Origin: Octopus vulgaris
Taxonomy: Eukaryota
Direction: 5' to 3'
Assembly (NCBI GenBank): GCA_951406725.2
Contig: OX597815.1
Span: 178,312,001 to 178,376,000 of the forward strand
Length of the DNA: 64,000 nt
The notes beneath the pieces are model-generated. The model did not search any database and had not been told where the DNA came from. It saw nothing but the letters and a program-made list of their open reading frames with translations. Shown here piece after piece: positions 14,678 to 27,276 of this stretch. The position numbers and the translations under genes are program-made. Every line of letters begins with the position of its first letter. Within the stretch, counting starts at the first letter, position 1.

Positions 14678-15094
14678 AAAACGAGTCAAAAATAGAAATG
14701 CTAAGATGATTTTATAGTGAATCTTTCAGTACCGGTTTCGGTCATTTTAAGACCATTTCAACTGTAACGATTAAATAATTAAATTTAGAAAAATTAGAAG
14801 AAAAGTTTTTTTAAAAGAATATTTCTGTAGTAGTGTTCAGATATAAGTAGCATTCTGCCTTTCTCTGACTCCCTTGCAGAATGCTACTTATATCTAAACA
14901 CTACTACAGAAATATTCTTTTAAAAAAACTTTTCTTCTAATTTTTCTAAATTTAATTATTTAATCGTTACAGTTGAAAAGGTCTTAAAATGACCGAAACC
15001 GGTACTGAAAGATTCACTATAAAATCATCTTAGCATTTTCTATTTTTGACTTGTTTTTTCATATATATCAACTCGTGTGTTCCTTTCCACCCTT

Positions 15095-15097
<3 letters not shown>
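14674..15097 (+). mobile_element. Fold-back (inverted pLTR-like) hammerhead element in (TA)n
   Basis: Near-perfect ~185-bp inverted arms at 14674-14858 and 14876-15060 with a 17-nt spacer; (TA)n on both sides. Confidence 0.85.
14970..15007 (+). ncRNA. Minimal type I hammerhead ribozyme, U3-A8 variant
   Basis: cag-TTGAAAA-ggtc-ttaaaat-gacc-GAAA-ccgg-TA-ctg: stem I cag/ctg, stem II ggtc/gacc, palindromic stem III ACCGGT. Confidence 0.65.
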
Positions 15098-15151
<54 letters not shown>

Positions 15152-15164
15152 TTGGTTGGTTGGC

Positions 15165-15585
15165 ATCCTTTCTGTCTCGGGAGACAATGGAGTTACGCAT
15201 AAAGTAGTCTAGTCTGGCTTTTATATTTCATGTCCTGATACATTTCCTGCTGTGGCTGTGTAGTCCTATCCTGGACAAACACTCCCTCTGGCAGGTACCG
15301 CAAATGTAGCGAAGACTGTTCCTGGCTGGTTGTAATGCCATAGTTTCTTGTTGACGTCTCATCTTTTCTTTCCATTTCTCCTCTCTCTCCCTGTCACGCC
15401 ATTCTCCACGGTTGCCGGCAACTGCCTCCCAACCGCTAATATTGATGTTGCAGGCCTTCATGTCCCTTTGCAAACATCCTTGTAACGTAAGATCGGTCTA
15501 CCCACAGACCTAGTACCCCTAGCAAGCTCTCCGTAGAGTATGTCCTGCCATCTTTCATACGGCTAACATGCCCAAGCCATCTCAT
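15165..15585 (-). mobile_element. RTE LINE 3' end with C-terminal zinc finger
   Basis: RWLGHVSRMKDGR; RDMKACNINISGWEAVAGNRGEWR; CGTCQRECLSRIGLHSHSRKC. Confidence 0.85.
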
Positions 15586-15632
15586 AAACATATAAAATAA
15601 ACGTAGGCAAAAGAATGAAAAATCGAATAATG

Positions 15633-15719
<87 letters not shown>

Positions 15720-15720
<1 letters not shown>

Positions 15721-15990
15721 TATTCGTGTAAGATCGTCCGTTTTTCCGTCCTTGTTTCGTATACGTTCGATGCTTAGTTTTTCCTTGGGGCTGGCCAGAT
15801 TGGAGCAATCTTAAGATTAATCAGCCGAAACAGCGAGGATGATCAGGTTCTTGACTGAAGATAAAAGGCCTCGAATGACCCGTCCGTGGTTTTTTTGTAT
15901 CGTCTATCTGGATGTTTTGTTGTCCCTTTTTGTATCACCTAGTTGTCCGGATGTTTTGTGTTCTTGTCCCATTTTGTATTTTATTTTATA
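15720..15990. repeat. Dispersed repeat in (TA)n; 3' ~120 bp repeated at 17490-17612
   Basis: TCGAATGACCCGTCCGTGG...CCCATTTTGTATTTTAT occurs at both loci. Confidence 0.7.
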
Positions 15991-15996
15991 TATATA

Positions 15997-17272
15997 CTAG
16001 CATTAAAGACCCGTCGTTGCCGGATCATAGTGCTAGTGCATATATATATATGTATATATATATGTGTACATATTACATGTACATCTATATATATATAGCT
16101 ACACATAAAATACAAAATACAAAGTTATATCTTGATATCGCTAGTGATGACAATACTCAAAATATATAACAGACTGGAATTGTTAGCCCGTCTCTTGTAA
16201 TTTCGATCAATTGTATATTGTCCTCCCTCTTGTATAGAAGTGTGGCTACAATCCGACGGCTGCAGCGAAATTCATTTTTGGACTTTCTTCTATCGAAGAC
16301 ATTTTAACAAAAATACTTCCGTGTAAACGGTGAAAATATTGTCAATTTCCCCAAACACGGACACAATTCAATTTTTAAACAATAACCAAAGGGGGAGGGT
16401 TACGGTTTACAATTATTTAACAAATGCAACACAACAACGCTTCCCTTACGAGGAACCAACAAACGTGATAACAATAGTTAAACAGAAATAATAATAACAA
16501 CAAACCTTACGGTAAACCAAAAAACAGTACGCTGTTGAAGCTATAGGCCTTTATGGATCAGAAATAAGCTAACAGCGGTACTCAGTAGAATGCTTAATGC
16601 TAGCTAATTAGCAAATAATCTAATGTAAAAGCCGTGCACACCTCCATCTGGACAATTCCATTTCTGCACTTAAATTTTATTTATTATTTATTCCCATTCA
16701 TGTGAAACCACTGATTCAAGTTCAAGTCATTGATGCAATTTTATACCAATTGCTATATTTTTACTTTTGCTATGTTACGATAATATTATACTTTAGTTTT
16801 GATTTTAATTATTACTTACTACATATAATTCAATTGTTATTATTATTTTTATTGTTAAAGTGAAAGTATCTGACATAAAATACAGAAATGTTTTTGTTTC
16901 ACTTTTAACACGTAATACTGAAAGTGGAGAAGATATGATATTGCTATGGGCTCGGCTCTAGGCAAGAAGTTGAACATTTTTTGCCCATGGAAACTACATG
17001 GACCCTAAGTAAGGCATGTGTAAATTTGAATGAAATTGGTTGTGTAGTTCTCAAGTTTTAGGGAATCGTAGTGGAGAAGATATGATATTGCTGTGGGCTC
17101 GCCCTAGGCAAAAAGTTTAAAATGTTTTTTGCCGATGACACTCCCCGGACCCTAAGTAAGACATGTGTAAAGTTTGAATGAAATTGGCTGTGTAGTTCTC
17201 AAGTTTTAGGGAAACACACACACAGACAGACAGACAGACAGACACACATTCTCAGTTCTATATATATAAAGA
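15997..17272 (-). mobile_element. Non-autonomous Helitron with an internal ~147-bp tandem duplication
   Basis: Minus strand starts A|TC and ends hairpin-CTAG|T; 3' end related to 28680; duplicated unit at ~16923-17065 and ~17071-17212. Confidence 0.7.
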
Positions 17273-17604
17273 TATAGCAGCGTACGTACACTTTGTTCTC
17301 TTATATGTAAGTACACATTTCACTAAATTTTGTACGATTTCTTCAACACTCACTCTCCCCCCTCTCTCTCTCACACAATTCTTTGCTTTTCTTACTTTGC
17401 ACTTCACTATGTCCCTGTCTCACTTTTTTCTCGCCACTCCCTGATTCTTTCGTCTATCTACTACTACACACTCTCTCTCGCTCTGTCTCGGCTTCGAATG
17501 ACCCGTCCGTGGTTTTTTTGTATCGTCTATCTGGATGTTTTGTTGTCCCTTTTTGTATCACCTAGTTGTCCAGATATTTTGCGTTATTGTCCCATTTTGT
17601 ATTT

Positions 17605-17665
<61 letters not shown>

Positions 17666-17704
17666 CATACGTACATACATACTTATGCATGTATATTATC
17701 TTTT

Positions 17705-17900
17705 TCTCGCCTCAGAAATTAGAGTGCGGCCATGCTGGAGCACCGCATTGTGTTTTTAGTCGAATGAATCTACTCTAATTCTTACTTTTTGAACCTGGTA
17801 CTTATTCTATCGCTTCTTTTGCCGAACTACTAAGTTACGGCGACACAAACACACCAACATTGGTTGTCAAGTGGTGGTGGAGGGACAAACACAGATGCAG
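17705..17900 (-). mobile_element. SINE family B, 3' half
   Basis: TGCGGCCATGCTGGAGCACCGC..TTTTGCCGAAC..TTGTCAAG matches the full copy at 34552-35014. Confidence 0.8.
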
Positions 17901-17907
17901 ACGCACG

Positions 17908-17951
<44 letters not shown>

Positions 17952-18451
17952 AACACACATGTATGCGTGTTTGGAATTTTTAGATAATTTTTGTGAATTT
18001 GTATTCTACAGACAGAAATTAACACGATTATGCTAAAAAACAATCATAAAAGATTTGGGGGTGCATGATTTAAGGCCGCTTTAGCTGCTACTTTTAGCAC
18101 ATGTCACAACCACTCCAATGAGTAGCATTTTGGTATTTATTTATACTGATAATTAATGTTGTACGTCCAGCGTACGCCTTCCGGAAAAGCATAGTTTTTG
18201 CTTCCAGAGGGTCTATATGTACGAGTCCCCTAATAAAACCGGTGTTATAGAAGTGAGGCCAATAACCAGTTGTGAGAGTGGGGGTTACTTCTGCGTAAAA
18301 GGAAACCGCATCATCTTTTGTCTTATAACTATGGATTCAAAATACTTTATTAATTTGGTAGTTTTCTGGAAACCAGCTTAGCCTCAGCCACCCTATCGAT
18401 GTGATATACTGAATCTTTCATTATTTCAATTGCCTTATTAATTCATCTTTT

Positions 18452-18702
18452 TAATTCCTTCAGCCATTAGACTACAGCAATGGTTGAAGAATTGTGTGCT
18501 TGTTTTTTGTTTTAAGTCTGGAACTTATTCTATCAGTCTTTTTGCCGAATCTCTAATTTACGGGGGCGTAATCTCACCAAGACCGGTTGACAAGAGATGG
18601 CGGGACGACAAACACAAACACAAAGCTACACATCGCGCACGCGCACGTACATACACGCACACATACACACATATGCACAAACATATGTATGCATACATAC
18701 AT

Positions 18703-18759
<57 letters not shown>

Positions 18760-19133
18760 CAAAATAAGCAGCAAGGATATCCAAAGGTAATGCAGTACGA
18801 TCGTTTCATGCTACTTCATTTAATTAAACAATGTAAGTATTACATCAGTTTTAAAATGTAGAGCAATCTTCAGTCACATATGGAAATTTTTTAATTAAAT
18901 TGACAATATTCACTCTTATTCTTATTCCATTTGCCAACATTACAAAGAGGGTATACATATATATATATATATACGATGGGCTCCTTTCAGTCACCCTCTA
19001 CAAAATCCACTTACAATGGTTTGATTGGTTCGGGGTTATTATAACCGAAGGCACTTGTCCAGGGTGCCATACAGCGGGACTGAACTCGGAACCCTGTTGT
19101 TGAAAAGCAAATTTCTTACCACACAGTCACGCC
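18452..19133 (-). mobile_element. SINE family B interrupted by an insertion in its internal (TA)n
   Basis: 3' half at 18452-18625, 5' half at 18972-19133; unrelated insert at ~18757-18952. Confidence 0.75.
18791..18878 (-). ncRNA. Hammerhead-like motif (weak stem I) in an insert within a SINE
   Basis: Minus strand: tgtga-CTGAAGA-ttgct...agcat-GAAA-cgatcg-TA-ctgca; palindromic stem III ACGATCGT. Confidence 0.5.
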
Positions 19134-19224
19134 AGACTTCAATATTTTTCAATGTGTTTCATTAAGTATAAAATGCTTAACTAGCATAGAACATTAAACT
19201 CCAAGTCAAAACATCGTTCAGTAA

Positions 19225-19478
19225 TTAACCTTATTTACATTTGACGGATATTTCTCCACATCTTGTCTATTGTTAACACAACGTTTCAGCTGATATACTC
19301 TCCAGCCTTCGTCAGCCTTAGGAATGAGAACCCAGGTTCGAAATTTCCCCAAGACACCTGATGAAGGCTGGAGGGTATATCAACCGAAACGTTGTGTTAA
19401 CAACAGACAAGATGAGGACAAATATCTGTCAAATGTAAATAATGTGCATAATTCCTCATCTCTTGAATATAGAACTGT
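19225..19478 (+). mobile_element. Inverted-pLTR-like hammerhead element with 12-bp target-site duplication
   Basis: Inverted arms 19231-19315 and 19358-19442; ATCGTTCAGTAA at 19213-19224 and 19479-19490. Confidence 0.8.
19353..19398 (+). ncRNA. Minimal type I hammerhead ribozyme (PLE type)
   Basis: gacac-CTGATGA-a-ggctg..caacc-GAAAC-GT-T-gtgtt; palindrome AACGTT; mirror core on the minus strand at 19275-19315. Confidence 0.7.
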
Positions 19479-20056
19479 ATCGTTCAGTAAGTTTGAATTT
19501 ATAAAGTACACCTTTAGTTCATCGTTTTGCTGTTTAAAGATGAAATTGATATTTTCTGCCGATTGTTGGATTTTCAGTCAAATTCTATATTTCCTGGATG
19601 TATTTCCTTTTCATCTGAACAGCCTATAGAAAAAGCTGTCTGTCCCTATTCTGCTCGTTAACAATAACACCGGAAAAAAAAGTTGAGAACTAAATAATGC
19701 AATTAAAATGCTTAATGGAATATAGAACGAATGATTTATTATCAACAGCACCTGCGACGAAAATTATTTTTGAGGCTAAACGACATAACTTCACCTCCAG
19801 TTTATTAACACTTATCATTGTTACAACCACAACGAATAACAAAAAAGATGAAGTGCTTCTGTCATTAAAACTCTCCTATCTACCATTAATCTCCCTCTCA
19901 CCCTAAGTTATCATAAATCCTACAAAAACCATCATTTATATAATTATATTTAGCAAAGTACAAACATCGGTCTGCACATTAATAATCACCACCATCCCCG
20001 CCCCACCCCTGTAAACCGACATAATCATCAAACCAGCTGTACAACTTCCATTATGC

Positions 20057-20096
<40 letters not shown>

Positions 20097-20175
20097 AAGG
20101 CACGGCACACGCATTTCTACGCATGTATTCCCTTGGAATATAATATCCAAAATAGTCACAAACACACATTTATAC

Positions 20176-20261
<86 letters not shown>

Positions 20262-20562
20262 GTATGTATGTATGTATGTATATATGCGTGTATAAAGGTA
20301 AGTAGAGTTAGCGGTTATAATAACCAAGGGATAAGTTGTCCGTATTTTCTATCGGTATCAGTTACCCGTGTTATCTCTGGGCATGGGTATGCAGGCACAC
20401 AATGCTCGTAGGGGACTGGTAACAACAAAATAAACAAAAGTTTATCAGGAATCAAATATAAATAATCAGAAAATGGAGAAAACTTTAGATCAACAAACAA
20501 ATCAATTGGACCACATATTCCAACTGATTTGTTTCTCGATCTGAAGGTTTCTCCATTTTCTG

Positions 20563-20605
<43 letters not shown>

Positions 20606-20611
<6 letters not shown>

Positions 20612-20895
20612 TTAAGGGTAGAAATTGATATTAGTCAATTAAAACCAGTGGTCTAGCATATTAAAAAGAATCCGAAGATTAAAATATTTATATATACCAA
20701 TTAAGGACTAAACACGAAAAGTGGACAGTCAACATGCTAGATATAGACGTCAAATCGCCATTCTCCACAAAGATTTATATAATTATATAAATGATTATTT
20801 GAGAACATAATCTTTGTGGAGAATGGCGATTTGACGTCTATATCTAGCATGTTGACTGTCCACTTTTCGTGTTCAGTCCTTAATTGGTATATATA
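20606..20895. mobile_element. Fold-back element in (TA)n, related to the hammerhead elements
   Basis: Near-perfect ~87-bp inverted arms 20689-20775 and 20809-20895; left part resembles the 560-bp unit (AATTRAGGGTA.AATT..TCAATT..CCA.GTG). Confidence 0.7.
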
Positions 20896-20904
20896 TATAT
20901 ATAT

Positions 20905-21110
20905 ATCTTTTTATTATGGCTACACAGGGTTAAATACAGAAAATAGACGAAATACAATGTAGAGTTTTTGTTTTCGAGGTGGGATGGGTGGGACACACAA
21001 AGAAAAAGATCGATCAATAGGGATCTTTGGGTTATGTGGTGTACAAAAATAAAGAAAGAAATATATAAAGTTCCCCAAAAAAGAGGGGGAATCGATATTG
21101 TTCACAGTTT
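20905..21110 (-). mobile_element. Tx1/L1-type LINE 3' UTR remnant
   Basis: Shares TTTATT..GGCTACACAGGG, TACAA.GTAGAG and GATCAATAGGGATC with the 3' UTR at 31806-32050. Confidence 0.55.
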
Positions 21111-21516
21111 AGTTGTATATATATATATCAAAGGATAATCAGAAATATTTGAAATTTCCATTAGCAGTGTCCTAGCATGCATTTTATTTACTGCCGACAA
21201 GGAGCTCCGCTCGCGCGGTACGTTTGAAAGATTAGAATGTATAAGCAAGGGGCATATACTGGATTGCCTCCTGTATACATATTTAATCTAAGGTATACCT
21301 GATGAAGAAGACTTCGCCTAGCAAATTATTTTATTTGCTAAAAAAAGACTGAAACCATTTGTCCAGCAGATTGATGGTAAATTTTATTTTCCATTTAGTC
21401 GCGTGTCATGCGACAAAAAATCTAAATAAAATATCAATCGACTAAAAAGATTTCCTTACTCCCCACAAACAAAAAAATATATGTCAAAAAAGTTCATTTC
21501 ATACAAACCACGGTAG

Positions 21517-21645
21517 GTTGGAGTCCAGGAGTGTAAAAGAGCTCCACCTTAACTCATAATCGAACCGCGGCAGTGGACTCCAGAAATGGCCATAGATGTG
21601 TTTGACTTGATTTTGTGCAACTGTTTTACACTCCTGGACTCCAAC
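21517..21645. mobile_element. MITE-like element with 22-bp terminal inverted repeats
   Basis: GTTGGAGTCCAGGAGTGTAAAA / TTTTACACTCCTGGACTCCAAC. Confidence 0.6.
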
Positions 21646-21999
21646 ATTTTTCAGTTTGAATTCTTTGCTCCAACACTTTTCACTGTTTACTTTGTGGTGA
21701 TGTTGCAGTCTGATTTGAGTAACTCTAAAAACAGTATTTATATATTATGCGTTCGTACAACTAGAAAGCTCTTTTATCTCATCAGGATGAACTTTAAGAG
21801 CAAGATCCTTAAATCCTTAATAAAAGATTACCTTGATGCTTATGACTGTAACGGTGAGATCAGTTTTCAGAACCTCGTCAAAGCATTAGATGCTACCTGT
21901 GACAGCATCTAATACTAAACAAAAACCGCACCAGAGCAGGCCTCAATTGTTCCTCAAATATAAGGGAAAGGTAAACGATTAGCTGCTGTTCATTCCTTT

Positions 22000-22470
22000 A
22001 AACATTTATGCAGGAACTCCAGTCACAGAAATTGCATCTCGCATTCCAAAAGCAGCAAAATCTTTTGATTCCCTTAGAAATTCTTTCTGTCTACAACGAC
22101 ATATTAAGGTCAGTACAAAAATTTGGGTTTATCGTGCACTTGTACTCTCCTCCCTTTTTCATTCGGCCGAAACAGGGACTGGTTATGACCACCACATAAA
22201 ACCCTTAGAACGCTTTTACCAAAAGTGTCTTCATCAAATTCTCAGGATTCGCTGGAAACCGTTTGTTCCAAACACACAGGTGTTTGGAGAGAGGAAGGAT
22301 CTCATCACTCCACTTGGCTTCCAATCAGCTGAAACAGACTGGTCATTCGATGCAATAAGCAGTATTCTTTTTATGGTCAGCCAACTCCTGGGTAGTGAAA
22401 ACAGTGTAGGCCAAACAACTGTATAAAGATTTGCTAAGCATCAGTCTCAGGGATTTCTATCTGTACCAAG
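22000..22470 (+). mobile_element. RTE LINE RT fragment
   Basis: STKIWVYRALVLSSLFHSAETGTGYDHHIKPLERFYQKCLHQILRIRWKPFVPNTQV. Confidence 0.8.
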
Positions 22471-23629
22471 TTGAGGAATCTTTTGCACTTGACAAAATTC
22501 GTGCTAAATAATACAATATTCTGTGTTCCAACACAACATAGACCGTTAAATAAGGATAATATTAGCTGTTGGTGCTAATACTGCTTCTATCGCTATTAAT
22601 TATTTTTTAATATCAAATATATTTCACTTGCATGTCTCCGTGCATCATTCCTGCCTAACAAACCAGTATCTTAACTGTCCATCATTTTAGCAGAAATACG
22701 AAAAAAATTCACAGGTAAAAATCTGTTCATATGCAATTGTTTTTCTTTTTACCTTTATGAAATTGTTGACATCTATACAAACGTGTTTCGGTTTTGTCTT
22801 TTTGTTTTTGTTTTTTTGTTTATTTGGGTTTCTTTTTACATCTTTCATACTGAAGAATACAGCGAAATGAATATTTCTTAGCTTCAAATCATATGAATTA
22901 CAGATATGTCCGAATGTTCATTTTCAAAATTCCGAGAAGAAAAAAATAAGAAAGCAAAATATAGTACAGAGACTAAAATAAGATAACGGCACCATCTTCG
23001 AGCCGGAAACTGATTCTAGGAACCCAAAAGGAAAAAGAAAAGAAGGGAAAATAAAGGTAAATGGTGAATAAAAATATGCCTAAAATGTTTTATATCATGT
23101 GTGTATATGTGAGTGTATGTATGTGTACTTATACGTGTGTGTGTGTTAAGTCAGTGTTGATGGTAACCCAGTGAAACCTGTCATGTAATCCGGCCGTCGG
23201 CGACTAAACCGGCAAGCGTTCTTCTTTTGGAGGATGGATTTCGTTGGAATCCCTGCAGGAGAAAGATCGAAACTTGTCAAAGGACGAATGAACTTACCAT
23301 TGTCAACACCATTCAACGTCTGGAAGTAAAAAGACCCTTAATCTTTGTTCAGACATTTCTCTAAACGAAGGACATTCTGAAATTACTCTCGCCTTCTTGC
23401 GAAACTGGAGACCTCGTGCTTGCTTGTTCCTGCGGTACGAAATTTGTATGTGGACGTCTTATCGACGCTGTGCATGATGCTGTTGACTTTAGATTTCAAC
23501 GCAACCATTGCCAACAGCAACTGTCATTGATATCTAAGATAGGATGATTTGTCATACTCATCTATAGGTCGACAGCCATCATGTGTGTATGTATGATGTT
23601 GAATCTGTTGCACTTGACGGAAATTAAAT

Positions 23630-24050
23630 GGCGAGAAAGATCCGGTCTGAGGTAGGAGATTTTGAAGAAAAACAAAACTGCAAAAATGCCAAGAGAACTC
23701 GAAAAAATAGCATCGTTTTAATCAGAGTAATAATGCCATGTTTCAGTTTCTTAATGTGTGATAAGACTTGTCTTTCTAAGACTGACTTAACTTCACATCT
23801 CAGAACTTGTTTTCATACAGTTGGCCCAAGTGACACAAAAATCATTCCAGAGGACATAATTATGTGTCATATTTGTAATATGACATTTAAGTCCGGCGCT
23901 GGTCCAAAATGCATTGAAATATTCAGAAATTAGGCAAGACAAACAACACTGTGCCACTTAAGATGAAACATACTTGCACTGTGTGTTATGCTATTTTGAA
24001 ACAGATTTCGGGACTCCAGAGCCACTTACGTGCTCAAACACGGTAGAGGA
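23630..24050 (+). mobile_element. Decayed C2H2 zinc-finger stretch, probably a LINE (RTE) C-terminus
   Basis: CDKTCLSKTDLTSHLRTC, CHICNMTFKSGAG and CTVC..SGLQSHLRA; broken by stops and frameshifts. Confidence 0.5.
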
Positions 24051-24261
24051 ACATTTAACAAGAAATGGAGAGGATTTCAACAGGAGCAAAGTACCTTTAT
24101 ATGCGACGGTACGTTTCGTGTAGTTTGACCATTACTGAAATAGAGATTAATATTTTTATTTCGGTCTAGTCAGTCTCTCTTGATCCCATTTGGAGTATTA
24201 CTAGTGTGTTCATAAGTGAAACAAGAAAGTATGTGTATGTGTGCGTGTGAGTGTGTGTATG

Positions 24262-24318
<57 letters not shown>

Positions 24319-24369
24319 GCGCAAGCGTGGCTGTGTGGCAAGAAGCTTACTTCCGCTTCAGGTTGTGTC

Positions 24370-25330
24370 AGTGCTGTTCTTACACAGCAGAAGACGCCAC
24401 ACTGGTGTACAGCTAGCGAAATATTGATTGAAAAAGAAGCTCGACTGTAAGGTAAGACTTTTGTTTTTGGGGTCCAGTGGGGGTTTGTTGCTTGTGGTAT
24501 TATTTTTTGTACAAACAAGAAATCATCACTGGATTCTGAGCTCTGGTCTGCCTACTGTTGGGCAAAATTGTTCACTGTTAAGTGAATTATTTTGGTGGGC
24601 GGATCCCCTGCCGCCATAAACAGTGGAACTTTTTGAAATGTTCGTTGTGTATTTACCATTTAATGGTAAATTATGTTTTGTTCCTGTTACTGTTTCCCCG
24701 ACTCAACTGGACTGCCTCTTTTGGAAACTACAAGGGCCAGGAGTACCGGTTGGCCGGAATTTAATTTTTTGAAGAAGCTGCTGCAGTGATTTGAACTATC
24801 ACAGTGCAAAGAACTGTCGTCGTGCTGAACTATTTTTTTTATTTCTTCCTATCTTTTCTGCCTTTATGTTTTTGTTTTGTCTTTTTTCTAACTGTTTTGG
24901 GGATTATATTTTTAATTCTTTACTTTTCAATATCTTTGCTGAAATTTTTGTTGATCTATTAAGAAAACTTTAAAAAAACAGCGTGGCGAAAAAGAATGTC
25001 ATTGTTCACTTTTAAGTGAATTATTTTAGTGGGCGGATCCTCTGCCGCCATAAACTGTGGAATTCTTTACTTTTCATAATTTTCGTGGAACTATTAAGAG
25101 AACATTTTATTAAAAAATAGCATGGCGAAAAAGAATGTCTTGGAGTGGGAGATTATCCCAACCAAAGAGTGGATTAAACAATTCTGTGTTCTCGAAAGAA
25201 GTAATAGAATAAAAGTTGAAGGACTATCTACCAACTCTGAAGTTTATTGCACGGGGTGTCGGATATGCGACGATTAGGTTGCTATTTGGTACTCCGGAGG
25301 AGGCTCGCAAAAATGCCAGCCCCTGGAGGG
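24370..25330 (+). mobile_element. Possible LINE 5' UTR/ORF1 remnant with internal duplications
   Basis: Direct duplications at ~24568-24630 / ~25002-25065 and ~24915-25000 / ~25062-25140; the family assignment is a guess. Confidence 0.35.
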
Positions 25331-26740
25331 CAATAAAAGTTTGTTTTTTCCCATTTTGTTTCTTAATCAGCATAGAGTATTACATATATTTCTAGCATTT
25401 TTGACCAGTTTAACACAAAACTTTATTGAGCTTCCAAATGTCCGCAAATTGGTCAGTTTTGACAGATAGTGTTTAGTAAGGTCTACTCAAAGTTACGCTA
25501 CAGCCGTCTTCTTCAGTCTGGAACAACAAAGGTTGGTAGGTCAGCTTACTAGATATTTAGAAATAACATACTAGAATAAGAATAAACTAAGACTGTCTCT
25601 CCTAAAATGTACCAATACTTCTGGAAAGTAACTCATATATACAATTTACAAACCCCAAGCAGCAACGATTAATGTAATGCCTGTGTTACGGTTACTGCAT
25701 GACAAGGAAACAGTCGCCGCTCGAAACCAGCAAATGAAACAAACAAAACTGTACAATTCAGTTATGTATTGAAATATATGGTAAAAATATACAATAATGC
25801 CAGTACAGAGTTGTTACAAAATAATTGAGCCAATAGCCAAATATTGGTCAAGGTAAAATAGCCACCAGAGTCATGAGTCGAAGAAGTATAAATTGAAGAT
25901 GTGAGTTCTTGATAACAGAGAGTTCAATGTCGAAGATGACGGCCGTATTTCTTTCTCAAACGCCAGCGTCTCTCAAAGATAGTAATTTCTGGAAATGTAT
26001 TATTTGCTTCTTACATGAAAGACCATCGGTTCTTATAAAAGCGATTAAAGCAAAAGGGGATGTAACTCTTTCATTACAATATTATAATTAAGAAAAATAC
26101 ATTCTCATAACACTGCATACATTTATTTTTAAGTTCTCGTGTTTATCGAGACGGAAAACCTTAGCTGAGTTATTTTTGTCAGAAAACATATTCTCCCTTT
26201 AAGGAGATGAAAACACCTTGCGCTTGGCGCCAATTGACCATATCAAACAATGACAGACGTCGTTTTGTGTGGTTAGGTTTCGTCAATGACGTACACCTAT
26301 GTCAATTATGTAGGAACCGGTGGTCTTTCGTGTAAGAAGCAAATAATACATTTCCAGGTGTGTACTAAGCTTTGTCGAGCTGAAATTAATAATTAGAGCA
26401 CAATAAGAATCGAAGATTAATATAGAATTTATACATTTATATTTAATACCCTCCTGTACGCTCAAATGGGGAAAGACTTTCGCAACAGTAATTGTGTTGG
26501 AAAGGTACTCTCCTGGTGAAGTGTAACCGCAGAGAAAATAGTCCGATGGCGCCTTCAGAGTACATTTGAGATAATTACTGCAGCGTATATCTTCCTGGTT
26601 TGACTGCACCGATAGTTATAAATATAAATGAGCACTGCTTTATTATTCACACACCTACAGACACGCGCGAACAAACGCACAAACGCACACGCATATAAAT
26701 ATATACCTACACACATAAACACACGCACAAACGCACACAC

Positions 26741-26794
<54 letters not shown>

Positions 26795-26904
26795 AAATAT
26801 ATTCATACACCCACCCACATACACACACACACAAACACACAAACGAACACATATACACACTTACATATATTCACACACCTACACACATACACACATGCAC
26901 AAAC

Positions 26905-26947
<43 letters not shown>

Positions 26948-27012
26948 CAAACCTACATATGTTCACACGCCTATATACATTCACACACGCACAAACGCAC
27001 AAACGAACACAT

Positions 27013-27051
<39 letters not shown>

Positions 27052-27231
27052 CACCTACATATATTCACATACCTACACACATACATACACGAACAAAAGC
27101 ACAAACGAACACACACATATATATATACACACCTACATACATTCACACACCTACGCACGTACACAGACGCAGAAATGCACACACACATATGTATATGTAT
27201 AGACAAATACACATACGCACATACCTACATA

Positions 27232-27276
<45 letters not shown>

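Noticed and set aside
23630-24050. Host C2H2 zinc-finger gene
   Set aside because: No TGEKP linkers, broken frames, and it resembles RTE LINE C-termini.
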